Positions 1-9,050 of a DNA stretch of 64,000 bases are shown here, in pieces. Made by a program: the position numbers and the translations under genes. The DNA is from an archaeon (GTDB lineage: Archaea; Asgardarchaeota; Thorarchaeia; Thorarchaeales; Thorarchaeaceae), in assembly GCA_024276825.1 (NCBI GenBank), contig JAJRWI010000015.1, forward strand, positions 1-64,000, read 5' to 3'. The notes under the pieces are model-generated. The model was not told the origin of the DNA. It was given only the letters and a program-made list of their open reading frames with translations, and ran no database searches. How positions within the stretch are numbered: position 1 is the stretch's first letter; each line of letters starts with the position of its first letter.

Positions 1-866
1 ATGAAACCAGTCCCACCCACAATTATTGACGAACAGGAGTACAGGAAAGGATAGTTTTTGATCACAGTATAGCACAGTTCTCGGTCAGTTGATAACAATA
101 CGAGATGGAATATCCTTACGTTTACACTCGAGAGTGACACCCGTTCATAGTGAGTCAAGATTCCGCGATTTAGCAGGTTTGGAATGACCGTTGATACCCA
201 TGTTGTTGATTTTTTCAGCCGGCTTGCAATTTCAACCCGAGTTAAGTTTGGTTCTCTGAGAAGGAGTTCAATCACACGGGCTTCGGTTGCAGTGAGTGGA
301 ACACTATATTCAGTAATGAAGAGGTGTAGGTATCGAGAGTACTCCTCAAATGACATCGTGAACTTGTATCGATCAATCCTGTATAGATGCCTCATTAATT
401 CATTGAACCCGTTTTCCGAGTCCAACTTGTCAAGATCATCAAGACGCATTACTGGATTGTAGATATAACCCCCAGGCATAATGACAGGAGGTCTCTCGTT
501 CAACCACAGGTCATCCCATTGTTGAGAGAGAGATGCATCGTTCAAGTGTTGTTTCCCGAATTGAACTGCAAGATCACGGCTCTGGGGGATGTCTGATATG
601 CAATGGGGCAGACTGACTGACAATGCTTCTCTGGCAATGATTGCCTTAAAGAGGGGAGAGGTGGTATCAATGTTCGGATCGACACTGACGAGGGCATCTT
701 TCACTTGAATTGACCATAGATCTTCAATACTAGAGGCATCATTATTTGATACTGCAACTTTAATGTCTGGAACTCTATGATCGGTGGTGAATCTGGTTTC
801 GATTTCTTTGCAGTATTGGGCCCATAATTTTTGAACTTGTGCTTTGGTTGCTTTGTGATTTGTCAT
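1..866 (-). CDS. Large winged-helix/Lrp-like regulator family protein, 3' end runs off the window
   Basis: Hand translation from ATG at 866 (MTNHKATKAQ...) is open to the window edge. HTH segment LTATEARVIELLLREPNLTRVEIASRLKKSTTWVSTVIPNLLNRGIL resembles 2391..3932. Confidence 0.75.
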   Translation of the reverse strand, partial: MTNHKATKAQVQKLWAQYCKEIETRFTTDHRVPDIKVAVSNNDASSIEDLWSIQVKDALVSVDPNIDTTSPLFKAIIAREALSVSLPHCISDIPQSRDLAVQFGKQHLNDASLSQQWDDLWLNERPPVIMPGGYIYNPVMRLDDLDKLDSENGFNELMRHLYRIDRYKFTMSFEEYSRYLHLFITEYSVPLTATEARVIELLLREPNLTRVEIASRLKKSTTWVSTVIPNLLNRGILTHYERVSLSSVNVRIFHLVLLSTDRELCYTVIKNYPFLYSCSSIIVGGTGF

Positions 867-971
867 TCTATTGGGGTTCTCCTCACTGCAGATTGACAGA
901 AGACGCTACAGATTGTTAAGAGCATGATAACATAGCCATTTTAATTAATTGTGATTTTGAATAGAATGCAT

Positions 972-2075
972 TTATTCGATGGTATGGTTATCACTTGCAT
1001 CTTCCAAATTTTTTGTTTTCATGTTGTGGAGGTCATACATCTTTCTCCCAAGGTATATAGCAACATAGACCAGGCCAATTAGTACGGGGACTTCAATCAA
1101 TGGACCAACGACCGCAGCAAGCGCCTGACCAGAGTTGATGCCAAAGACACCTATGGCAACAGCAATTGCGAGTTCGAAGTTATTGCTTGCTGCAGTGAAT
1201 GAAATTGTCACATTCTTTTCGTATGAAAACCGCATTCGATAGGATATTGCAAATGAAACCACAAACATTATCACGAAGTAGAACACAAGTGGGACGGATA
1301 TTCTTAGGACATCATAGGGCAGTTCTACAATCTTTTCGCCCTTGAGGGAGAACATTATCACTATTGTGTAGAGCAGACCGATCAGTGCCGCAGGACCTAA
1401 TCTTGGAGCAAAGGACTTCTCGTACCATTCGACACCACGCTTCTTTATTAGTGTCATTCTTGTGATAATTCCTGCAATGAGGGGGATGCCTAGAAAGATG
1501 ATCACGCTCACTGCCACATCAACCATGGATATCTGCACTAAAGACGTGGAGCTTGGATCAATGATTGATGAGAGAAGAGTCACATAGAACCATGCCTCAA
1601 AGCTGTATAGCAGAATCTGCAGAATAGAGTTGATTGCCACGAGTAGCGCACAGGCCTCCGAGTCGCCACCAGCAAGCATATTCCAGATAAGCACCATAGC
1701 AATGCAACGAGCAAGACCCACAATTATCAGGCCAACTCGATATTCAGGGAGGTCTGCCAGAAAGACCCATGCGAGGCTGAACATGATCACTGGACCAACC
1801 AGCCAGTTTAGGACCAGTGAGATTCCGAACATTCTGGTCTCGCCACGGAGTTTGCCAATCTCCTCATACTTCACCTTGGCAAGAACGGGATACATCATCC
1901 AGAGAAGTCCTATGGCTATTGGAATGGATGTCGTGCCAATACTCAATGAGTCAAGAAAATCAGCAATGCCAGGCACAATGCGACCAATCATAATTCCAAG
2001 AATCATTGCAATGATTATCCACAATGGTAATAGTTTGTCAGTGCGACTAAGACCTTCTGGTTGTTGTAGTGTCAT
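972..2075 (-). CDS. acr3: ACR3-family arsenite efflux transporter
   Basis: Multi-TM protein with GLARCIAMVLIW, SNNFELAIAVA and GPLIEVPVL motifs. Confidence 0.95.
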   Translation of the reverse strand: MTLQQPEGLSRTDKLLPLWIIIAMILGIMIGRIVPGIADFLDSLSIGTTSIPIAIGLLWMMYPVLAKVKYEEIGKLRGETRMFGISLVLNWLVGPVIMFSLAWVFLADLPEYRVGLIIVGLARCIAMVLIWNMLAGGDSEACALLVAINSILQILLYSFEAWFYVTLLSSIIDPSSTSLVQISMVDVAVSVIIFLGIPLIAGIITRMTLIKKRGVEWYEKSFAPRLGPAALIGLLYTIVIMFSLKGEKIVELPYDVLRISVPLVFYFVIMFVVSFAISYRMRFSYEKNVTISFTAASNNFELAIAVAIGVFGINSGQALAAVVGPLIEVPVLIGLVYVAIYLGRKMYDLHNMKTKNLEDASDNHTIE

Positions 2076-2126
2076 TGTGCTCCAGACTCACAATGCTTAC
2101 ACCCATATAAAACGATTGATAGCTAT

Positions 2127-2143
2127 TATTGAATAATTCAATA
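2127..2143. promoter_or_regulatory. Palindromic operator candidate upstream of acr3
   Basis: Perfect 8-1-8 inverted repeat TATTGAAT-A-ATTCAATA, just upstream of a minus-strand TATA-like TTTTATAT (2105-2112). Confidence 0.5.
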
Positions 2144-2390
2144 TTAAATTATGATAAGAAAACCTGTGTATAAGATATATGAACTGGCAGAATCAGTAAT
2201 ATCAACAGGAGATGAGTTCAGGGGGGGCTCCCCCAACCCATTGTTTTATACCATGCCGTCATCGAGTTGTGATGGGTGAGCTATATTCATTATTAGAAAA
2301 TAATAACAGTTAAGATGATGTAGGCAGTTGATGAATTTCAAACTTCGAAAAATAGGAGGATTGGGGTAAAATTTGGAATTGGGAGTTTGG

Positions 2391-3932
2391 TCAGACCTTA
2401 AAGTCAGACTCTTTTATGATCCATGTCTTGTCAGATTCTTGAAATCGTGATATGGGAAAGGCCCAGTCCACAAAGAGCTCATCAAAGTACTGGTTCAGCC
2501 ATAGTTTGGAGGCCTGCAAAAGCGAACGAATGTCAGAAGCAAGAAATGGGGACTGGCCCTCTGGGAGTCGCAAGAAGAATATTGACTGGTCTGTGTACGA
2601 GCGCATGGAGTAGACCTCGGGAATGACCTCAAGAGCTCGGCTGAGCCGCGTGTGTTCTTCAAGTGATATCTCTGCCACTAATGACAGGGCCTCCGAGGCA
2701 AATATTGGAGAGGGCCATATTCTTTCTCGAATGATACCACGTGAGTAGAGGTCATTGAGTCGCATTCTCACATAATTATAGTCCTTTTTCAGTTGCTTCC
2801 TGACGGTTCGTACTGGCAGTGGGCCATTCATCCAGAACTCGTTGATTATTTTTAGATCATCGAGGGACAAGGAGTATCCTTTAGTTCTAGATGGAGGGTC
2901 ATGTTTGATAGGTTCAATCTCATCAGACTTGAACTTCGACTTGACAGAGGGGCCGTAGAACATGTTTGGGATGTTCCATCTTTTGCCATCATACAGATCG
3001 TAGTTCAAATGTCGCCAGTTAAACCGTTCATCACGCGTAAAGACATGAACATCACTGACTCCGCGATACTCTCTCAGTTTGGAGACCCATTTGTCAATTA
3101 TTCCATCAGTCCGTTCTATATCGGGCACTATGAATGAAGCGAGGATGAAACGGTTTCCAAGATTGCTGTCATAAAGACTGTAGATCCAAGGATTTTCTGT
3201 TGAGAAGCAGGCGGGAAGCGTGACATTCGCATTATCCAACTCTACAAGGCCAAACATGACCTTGAGATTCAGTGCTGTGAGATCGAGATGTATCGAATGT
3301 ACTAGAATCTGCTTAGATAGCAATGTTTTTGCTATTTGAGCCATATGACCTTGAGTACGTCCCAGGCGTTCTGCCAGTAATGAAGGGGATAGGCTCTGTT
3401 CTTTGATGATCGCAAGGAAGACTTCACGCTCTGATGGCGTAAGGGAGGGCAAGCACCTTGTACGCAGTTTAAAAAAGGCATCAAGGTAGGTCTGTACCAG
3501 TTCTTCATCTGAAACGGACTTCAGGCTAATGTAAATGTCCTTTAGAATCTCGAAGGCATAATCGCAATAATCAAGGGACTGATACACCTTTGGGCATTTG
3601 TAATTGAGGTTAAGTGAGTATCGATGTTGTCGAGATGTGTTTGCCCAGAACTGATTCCATCTATTAATCACTGAACCGCCAAGATGGAGGTTCTTCATCA
3701 GCTGTCTTGTTCTGAAACAGATCAGGTCCCAGCCAATAGTGGCGGGCTTGGCCTCCAGTTCCTCAGTTAGTTTCTCTATTTCTGGAAGTATTCTATCAAC
3801 ATCATTAGACGTTAGCATTCCGTCCTTTGCCATCTGCATAAGCTGGCGCTTTATAACTAATGACATTTCACTGAGTGAGAGACCTTGCTTATTAAAAGCG
3901 GTTTTGTTATGTAGAAAGTTTGGAATTGCCAT
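2391..3932 (-). CDS. Large tandem wHTH (Lrp/AsnC-like) regulator family protein, possibly 5'-truncated
   Basis: Two HTH blocks (LTPSEREVFLAII...LAERLG and DDLKIINEF...YVRMRLNDL). The frame stays open upstream of the ATG up to the repeat element at 3981. Confidence 0.7.
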   Translation of the reverse strand: MAIPNFLHNKTAFNKQGLSLSEMSLVIKRQLMQMAKDGMLTSNDVDRILPEIEKLTEELEAKPATIGWDLICFRTRQLMKNLHLGGSVINRWNQFWANTSRQHRYSLNLNYKCPKVYQSLDYCDYAFEILKDIYISLKSVSDEELVQTYLDAFFKLRTRCLPSLTPSEREVFLAIIKEQSLSPSLLAERLGRTQGHMAQIAKTLLSKQILVHSIHLDLTALNLKVMFGLVELDNANVTLPACFSTENPWIYSLYDSNLGNRFILASFIVPDIERTDGIIDKWVSKLREYRGVSDVHVFTRDERFNWRHLNYDLYDGKRWNIPNMFYGPSVKSKFKSDEIEPIKHDPPSRTKGYSLSLDDLKIINEFWMNGPLPVRTVRKQLKKDYNYVRMRLNDLYSRGIIRERIWPSPIFASEALSLVAEISLEEHTRLSRALEVIPEVYSMRSYTDQSIFFLRLPEGQSPFLASDIRSLLQASKLWLNQYFDELFVDWAFPISRFQESDKTWIIKESDFKV

Positions 3933-3980
3933 TTTACAGCCTAATGAGCGTCTTTGGTTCTTTTCGGGACAAATGAGTTG

Positions 3981-4162
3981 CGCGTAGATGTGTAGCGCTT
4001 GGGCAAACTTGGATGCTAATTAAAAGGATATCTAAGAGATATACTAAGAAATTGTTAGGAGTCTAAATAGTATCATCAGAAATCAAAGTCCGAAATGTGC
4101 CCACTACTGTTCGTGGGCGGACGGGACTGAAATGTCCGGGATTGTCCAATTTACAATGAACG
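3981..4162 (+). mobile_element. ~182-bp dispersed element (MITE-like or recombination-site-like), copy 1
   Basis: Colinear with 12063..12243 and 25713..25894. Invariant ends CGCGTAG ... GTCCAATTTACAATGAACG. Confidence 0.75.
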
Positions 4163-5128
4163 GTTTCAAAGAAGATCAAGGGACTGCGAGAGAGATATGT
4201 GCTCCGCAAGTTTGAAACAGTAAGGTTTTCTCGAATCGACATAGGAATGTTTTTTCTATTCCTAAATATTAGAAAGAGTGTAGACATTGATCTGACCACT
4301 CTGTTTTGGAAGTGTCCGTTTACATATCATATAAGAGAGGTCTTATCGGGAAACTGGGATACTCTTGTGACATTAGCAATCCCCGAGAATGTAAATAGCC
4401 TTGAATCCGTAAGGGGCGTTCTCAAGAAGTTAAACAAGGCAGGTATCAATTCGCGACTCGTAGAAGTCACCTCATCTGGTGTGTCCAATAGTTTTGACTA
4501 TTATTCTAGTTGCAGTGGCTGTTGGGAGATCCCATGGGACCTAGAGCGATTGTTGCTGTCAAAGATATATTGTGAACGATTGGCGGAGGTCTTCCCAAGA
4601 GTGGATCATGGGAGAGTCTATACGGACATTGACATTGATGAGATTGATATCAGAATACTTGACATGTTCTGGAGAGGGTGCAACACGGTTTCAGAGATTC
4701 GCAGTAGACTGGGGATAGGCCGCCAAAAAGTCGTCAATCGCATCAAGCGGCTTCGTGAGTCCGAGATGATATCAACAATCTGGGAGGTTCACAACATAGG
4801 ACTGGTTGAGAATGCATATATAACAACCAAGGACAATGATGCAGGAATGGCCATTGCTGCATGGATACAGAGACTGCCACGCGCCATTGTGTCATTTGAT
4901 GAGAGAGTGTGTCTATCGCTCGTGGTCAGTCTTCCCACTGGAGGAATTCATGGGGTCGCCAATGCTCTGAGAGTCATCCCACGGGAGGTCAGTATTAACC
5001 AGTTGGGAATGATTACCAAAGGCAGGTGGGGATTTCCTAGTTATGAATGGGACACGGAAACCCTGAGTTGGTCATTCCCAAGAGATCGTGTCAATCGATG
5101 GCTTGAGTCGCTGGATGGAAACATTTAG
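4160..5128 (+). pseudogene. 5'-truncated tandem wHTH/Lrp-like regulator
   Basis: The frame begins mid-HTH (TVSKKIKGLRERYVLRKFETV) exactly at the right end of element copy 1, preceded by an in-frame TGA. The second HTH (IDIRILDMF...VVNRIKRL) is intact. Confidence 0.7.
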
Positions 5129-5131
5129 GAT

Positions 5132-6553
5132 TCAGACAACTGGCCACTTTGGTCTGATTTCAATGCCTGCTCGCTCCAATATCTCTTGAGCGTGTTTTGA
5201 TACTCTTTCACGTAATCGGTCCTCGTCAATTGTCAGTAGTTTCTTGTCGTGCATGAGTAATTGGCCATTGACGATAGTGGTACTCACATTATGGCCAGCA
5301 CCGGAATAGACCAGATTTGACACAGGATTCGAGGTAGGTATCATGCTGAGATCAGTCAGGTCAATGATGATGAGATCAGCAATTTTACCAAGTTCAAGAG
5401 TGCCCACCTTATTACTTATGCCCATTGCCTGTGCACCGCCGAGAGTGGCCATCTCAATCACCTGTTCAGCAGATACCACCAATGGATCGCTAGTATATGC
5501 CTTGTGAATCAGTGCGGCGAGTCTCATCTCTCGAACCATGTCGTAAGTGTTATTGCTTGGACCGCCATCGCAACCAAGTGAAACCGGTACTCCAATCTTG
5601 ATCATTTCGGGAACCCGTGCAAATCCCGAAGCCAGTTTCATGTTGCTTGAAGGGCAGTGCGAAACATTGGTCTGGGTATTTGCAAGCCGCTGTAAGTCAT
5701 CGGAGTCAAAATGAACACCATGTGCAAAGACCATATCGGGTCCCAACAATGAGTGTTCTTGTGCGAACTCAGTGAGGGACATGCCATAGTTCTTTCTAAC
5801 AAAGCGGACATCATCCACCACTTCTCCCAAGTGCATGGTCATCCCAGTATTTCGTTCACGTGCGTTTCGAGCGACCTCCTTGAATAGTTCAGAGGTGACC
5901 GCTCCAAGAGACCGTAGGCCGTACCAGATCTGGATTCTGCCTTCTGCCTTTCCATGCCATTTGTCGTACATTGATGAGGTCTCTCTCATGCATTCATCTG
6001 CATCCTCGACCATTCCGGGATACATGATGTCAGGGCTGTCCGCATATCCCGTGGAGTCCATTATTATCTTGGACAGAGCAGCCCGCATTCCAATCTTCTC
6101 AACGGATTTGGCAATGCCATCAAACCCATACCGCGAATGGATCATACAGTCAAGGAATGAGGTTGTGCCCGTACGGATCATCTCAGCCATGCACAACTCA
6201 GCAGAGATCTTCCCATCTTCCTTGGTGTAGTTGCCCTGTAGCACCCAGACATAGTTCTTCAGCCAGTCGACAAGTGAAACATCATCGGCGCATCCACGAA
6301 TCAGTGCCTGAGAGAGATGCACATGAGTGTCAATCAGACCGGGCATAACTATCTTGTTGGAAGCATCAATCTCAATTTCAGCCGATTCCTTAATCCTGTC
6401 TGTCTTTCCCACCCTAGTGATTCTTCCGTCCTCAATGAGTAGGGCACCATCTCTGATTATCTCACGTTTCTGATTCATCGTCAGGACATATCCATGCTTA
6501 ATCAGTATAGACTTAGGTACTGTCAACGGCATCACTCCGAGAGATGAGTTCAT
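5132..6553 (-). CDS. Amidohydrolase, MTA/SAH or purine deaminase (AtzA/SsnA-like) family
   Basis: DTHVH, HLGE, AHGVH, HCPSSN and GCDG metal-binding motifs. Confidence 0.85.
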   Translation of the reverse strand: MNSSLGVMPLTVPKSILIKHGYVLTMNQKREIIRDGALLIEDGRITRVGKTDRIKESAEIEIDASNKIVMPGLIDTHVHLSQALIRGCADDVSLVDWLKNYVWVLQGNYTKEDGKISAELCMAEMIRTGTTSFLDCMIHSRYGFDGIAKSVEKIGMRAALSKIIMDSTGYADSPDIMYPGMVEDADECMRETSSMYDKWHGKAEGRIQIWYGLRSLGAVTSELFKEVARNARERNTGMTMHLGEVVDDVRFVRKNYGMSLTEFAQEHSLLGPDMVFAHGVHFDSDDLQRLANTQTNVSHCPSSNMKLASGFARVPEMIKIGVPVSLGCDGGPSNNTYDMVREMRLAALIHKAYTSDPLVVSAEQVIEMATLGGAQAMGISNKVGTLELGKIADLIIIDLTDLSMIPTSNPVSNLVYSGAGHNVSTTIVNGQLLMHDKKLLTIDEDRLRERVSKHAQEILERAGIEIRPKWPVV

Positions 6554-6582
6554 CTTACAAGGAAGTCATAATCGTTTTGGTG

Positions 6583-8385
6583 CTACTTCGCCAATGAGAA
6601 TGCAAGGGTGACCTTAAGTCCTTGATCAGGGTGACCCTGGACTCTGTCATCCACCATGATTCGGATTCCATATTTAGTAGCAAGTGTCTTTACAATATGA
6701 AGCCCGACACCACCATAGCGGCGAGTTGAGAGGAATATTTCAGCCTTCTTGGAGTCGGAAAGGCCCGGACCATTATCAGCAAACTCGATATAGAAAGTGT
6801 CATCAGTAAGGCGTCCAGCGATCCACAGTTTTTTCTCTTCGCGCTTGTTATGCTTTATTGCATTCTCCATTATGTTCCAGAACAGGTTGCTGAGTGAGCT
6901 GTCCGCATATACAGTGATGCTCCCTGGAATTCCCTCAACAACAGGAGAAATTCCATATTGTCGGCTCATATGTTCAATCTCGCTCAGTAATATATCAACC
7001 AGTTCAATAGGCCTCACAACCTCGCCCTTGGCGGCCTCAATCTTTCTCACCTTGGATATCAGTTCAAGACAGCGTCTAGCGCCATCGAGAATGTAGCCTC
7101 TTGCGGCATCAAGGATTTCAATGGATGAGTTGGGATGGCATAGTTCAGCACCAGCTATTACAAGTTGGAGTTGATTCCCAAAATCATGAAGCAGAAGGTC
7201 CAACAGAAAATGCGCCTCTGCCTCAGCCTGTTTCAGGTTTGAAACATCCGTGATTAATCCAAAGCTTCCAATGTATTCGCCATCGGGACCAAACAGTGGT
7301 GATGCATTAACAACTACCGGGATTAGACGGCCAGACCGATGAATAAGCTGTGCTTCATAGGATTCAACACTGCCCTGCTTTCGCATCTCAATGCGCTTCT
7401 CAATTATCTCTTGAGAGAGCCCAGCCATAATATCTGACAGGGGTCTTCCAATAATCTCATCAGCATCAGCATATCCCAGCATTTTCACAAGGGCTGGATT
7501 GACATAGATAAGAAGCCCATTGACATCATCAATTCCAAGACCGGTCTGCATGGTCTCAACAAGAGTGCGGTATCGTTGCTCACTCGCTTCTAATTGAATT
7601 CGTTGCTCTTCCAATTCTGTGAAGTCATGCAGTTGTGCGACTGTCCTCATTGTCCCGTCGCTAGCAACCATGGTGCTGGTATTGATCAATACAGTCTTGA
7701 CAGCACCGCTGCTGTGAATTACTTTAAACTTGTAAATACTGGGCACCTTCTCGCCCCGCTGCCTCTTGATATATCTCTCTGTGACCAGTGCAATGCTGTC
7801 GGGGTGCAAGAATTCACGGAAATCATGTCCAAGAATCTCATTTCTCTGACGACCGAGCATGGTGCAAAGTCCGTCATTCACATAGACAAATCGGTAATTA
7901 TCATCCACGACTAGAATTCCGAGTTGTGATTGTTCGACGATTATCTTAAATGCCTCATGCTGATCCTCAAGCTTCTCCTCAATTCTGGTCTGTCGGGTCA
8001 TGTCAAAGACATATATTAGAAAACCAACTACTGCTCCAGTTGAGTTGTGAATCGTGTCAGTGAATGTCTGAACGGGAACTTGCACACCATCGACTCGTAA
8101 TGTTCTGAGTGCAAGAGGCGCTGGGGATGCACCGTTGCGCACTAACTCAAGGCCTTTTGTTACAAGGCCCAATTGTTCATGCACAACAATATCTGAGACA
8201 AAAATTCCGTTTGCAATGCTGGCATCAGAGAAACCGAGTAGGTCTTTTGCAGCTCTATTTGCATATACCATTCTATAATTGAGATCGAGCTCAACTACAG
8301 GAATAACTAATTCATCTAGGACCTTCTTAAGAATGGCCAATGTTTCTAAAGATATAGAGTTTCTAGAGAATTCAGTTGCTGTCAT
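6583..8385 (-). CDS. Three-PAS sensor histidine kinase
   Basis: Repeated PAS units, H-box HDFGNQL, N-box NIMENAIKH, DNGPG, GVGL. Confidence 0.9.
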   Translation of the reverse strand: MTATEFSRNSISLETLAILKKVLDELVIPVVELDLNYRMVYANRAAKDLLGFSDASIANGIFVSDIVVHEQLGLVTKGLELVRNGASPAPLALRTLRVDGVQVPVQTFTDTIHNSTGAVVGFLIYVFDMTRQTRIEEKLEDQHEAFKIIVEQSQLGILVVDDNYRFVYVNDGLCTMLGRQRNEILGHDFREFLHPDSIALVTERYIKRQRGEKVPSIYKFKVIHSSGAVKTVLINTSTMVASDGTMRTVAQLHDFTELEEQRIQLEASEQRYRTLVETMQTGLGIDDVNGLLIYVNPALVKMLGYADADEIIGRPLSDIMAGLSQEIIEKRIEMRKQGSVESYEAQLIHRSGRLIPVVVNASPLFGPDGEYIGSFGLITDVSNLKQAEAEAHFLLDLLLHDFGNQLQLVIAGAELCHPNSSIEILDAARGYILDGARRCLELISKVRKIEAAKGEVVRPIELVDILLSEIEHMSRQYGISPVVEGIPGSITVYADSSLSNLFWNIMENAIKHNKREEKKLWIAGRLTDDTFYIEFADNGPGLSDSKKAEIFLSTRRYGGVGLHIVKTLATKYGIRIMVDDRVQGHPDQGLKVTLAFSLAK

Positions 8386-8537
8386 TGAGATATCATCGAC
8401 CTGCCTAGTAATATGTCAATAGAACGATTAATGAAAATTGTTTGATAATAGGATATAATAAGTTTTGGATTGCGTAATTTCAGAAGTATCATTTGGAAAT
8501 AACTTAAAGGGAGAACAGGTGATTCAGGGAAGCCCAT

Positions 8538-9050
8538 ATGATTAAATGGAGAGAACATGCCTTGAAGCAATTCCTCGTGATAGATGTAGAGAGATGCACT
8601 GGTTGCAGAAACTGCGAACTCGCCTGTTCTATGAGGAACGTGAGGAGTTTCAACCCTGCAAGGTCAAGGATTCAGATATTGAAGAGAGAGACTCAGAACT
8701 TGATAATACCTGTTGTCTGTCTTCAGTGTGACACTCCATTGTGCAAGGAGGCCTGCCCTGTTGGAGCGTTGGTGATGAACTCTGTGGGTGTGTTGACCGT
8801 AGATGACAGGACATGCATTGGATGCCTTAATTGTGTGAGCGCGTGCATTTATGGAGGGATTGCTGTTGATGCCGTTACCCGAAAAACCATCAAATGTGAC
8901 CTGTGCGACGGGGCTCCCGCCTGCATAGAGGCCTGCGATTACAATGCCATATCATTGATGAGTGCTAATGAACAGGGGAAGAGTGAGCGATCAGAGAAAA
9001 TGATGCAGTTGATAATAACATTAGGAGTAGCAAGGGAGGAGGTTCAATAA
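8538..9050 (+). CDS. 4Fe-4S dicluster ferredoxin-like subunit (AOR partner)
   Basis: Four Cys clusters, e.g. CTGCRNCELAC and CIGCLNCVSAC. Stop overlaps the AOR start. Confidence 0.9.
   Translation: MIKWREHALKQFLVIDVERCTGCRNCELACSMRNVRSFNPARSRIQILKRETQNLIIPVVCLQCDTPLCKEACPVGALVMNSVGVLTVDDRTCIGCLNCVSACIYGGIAVDAVTRKTIKCDLCDGAPACIEACDYNAISLMSANEQGKSERSEKMMQLIITLGVAREEVQ

Noticed and set aside
2205-2285. G7/C5 hairpin and ACCCAT/ATGGGT pairing between acr3 and the regulator
   Set aside because: Short, low-complexity stems; not enough support for an RNA call.
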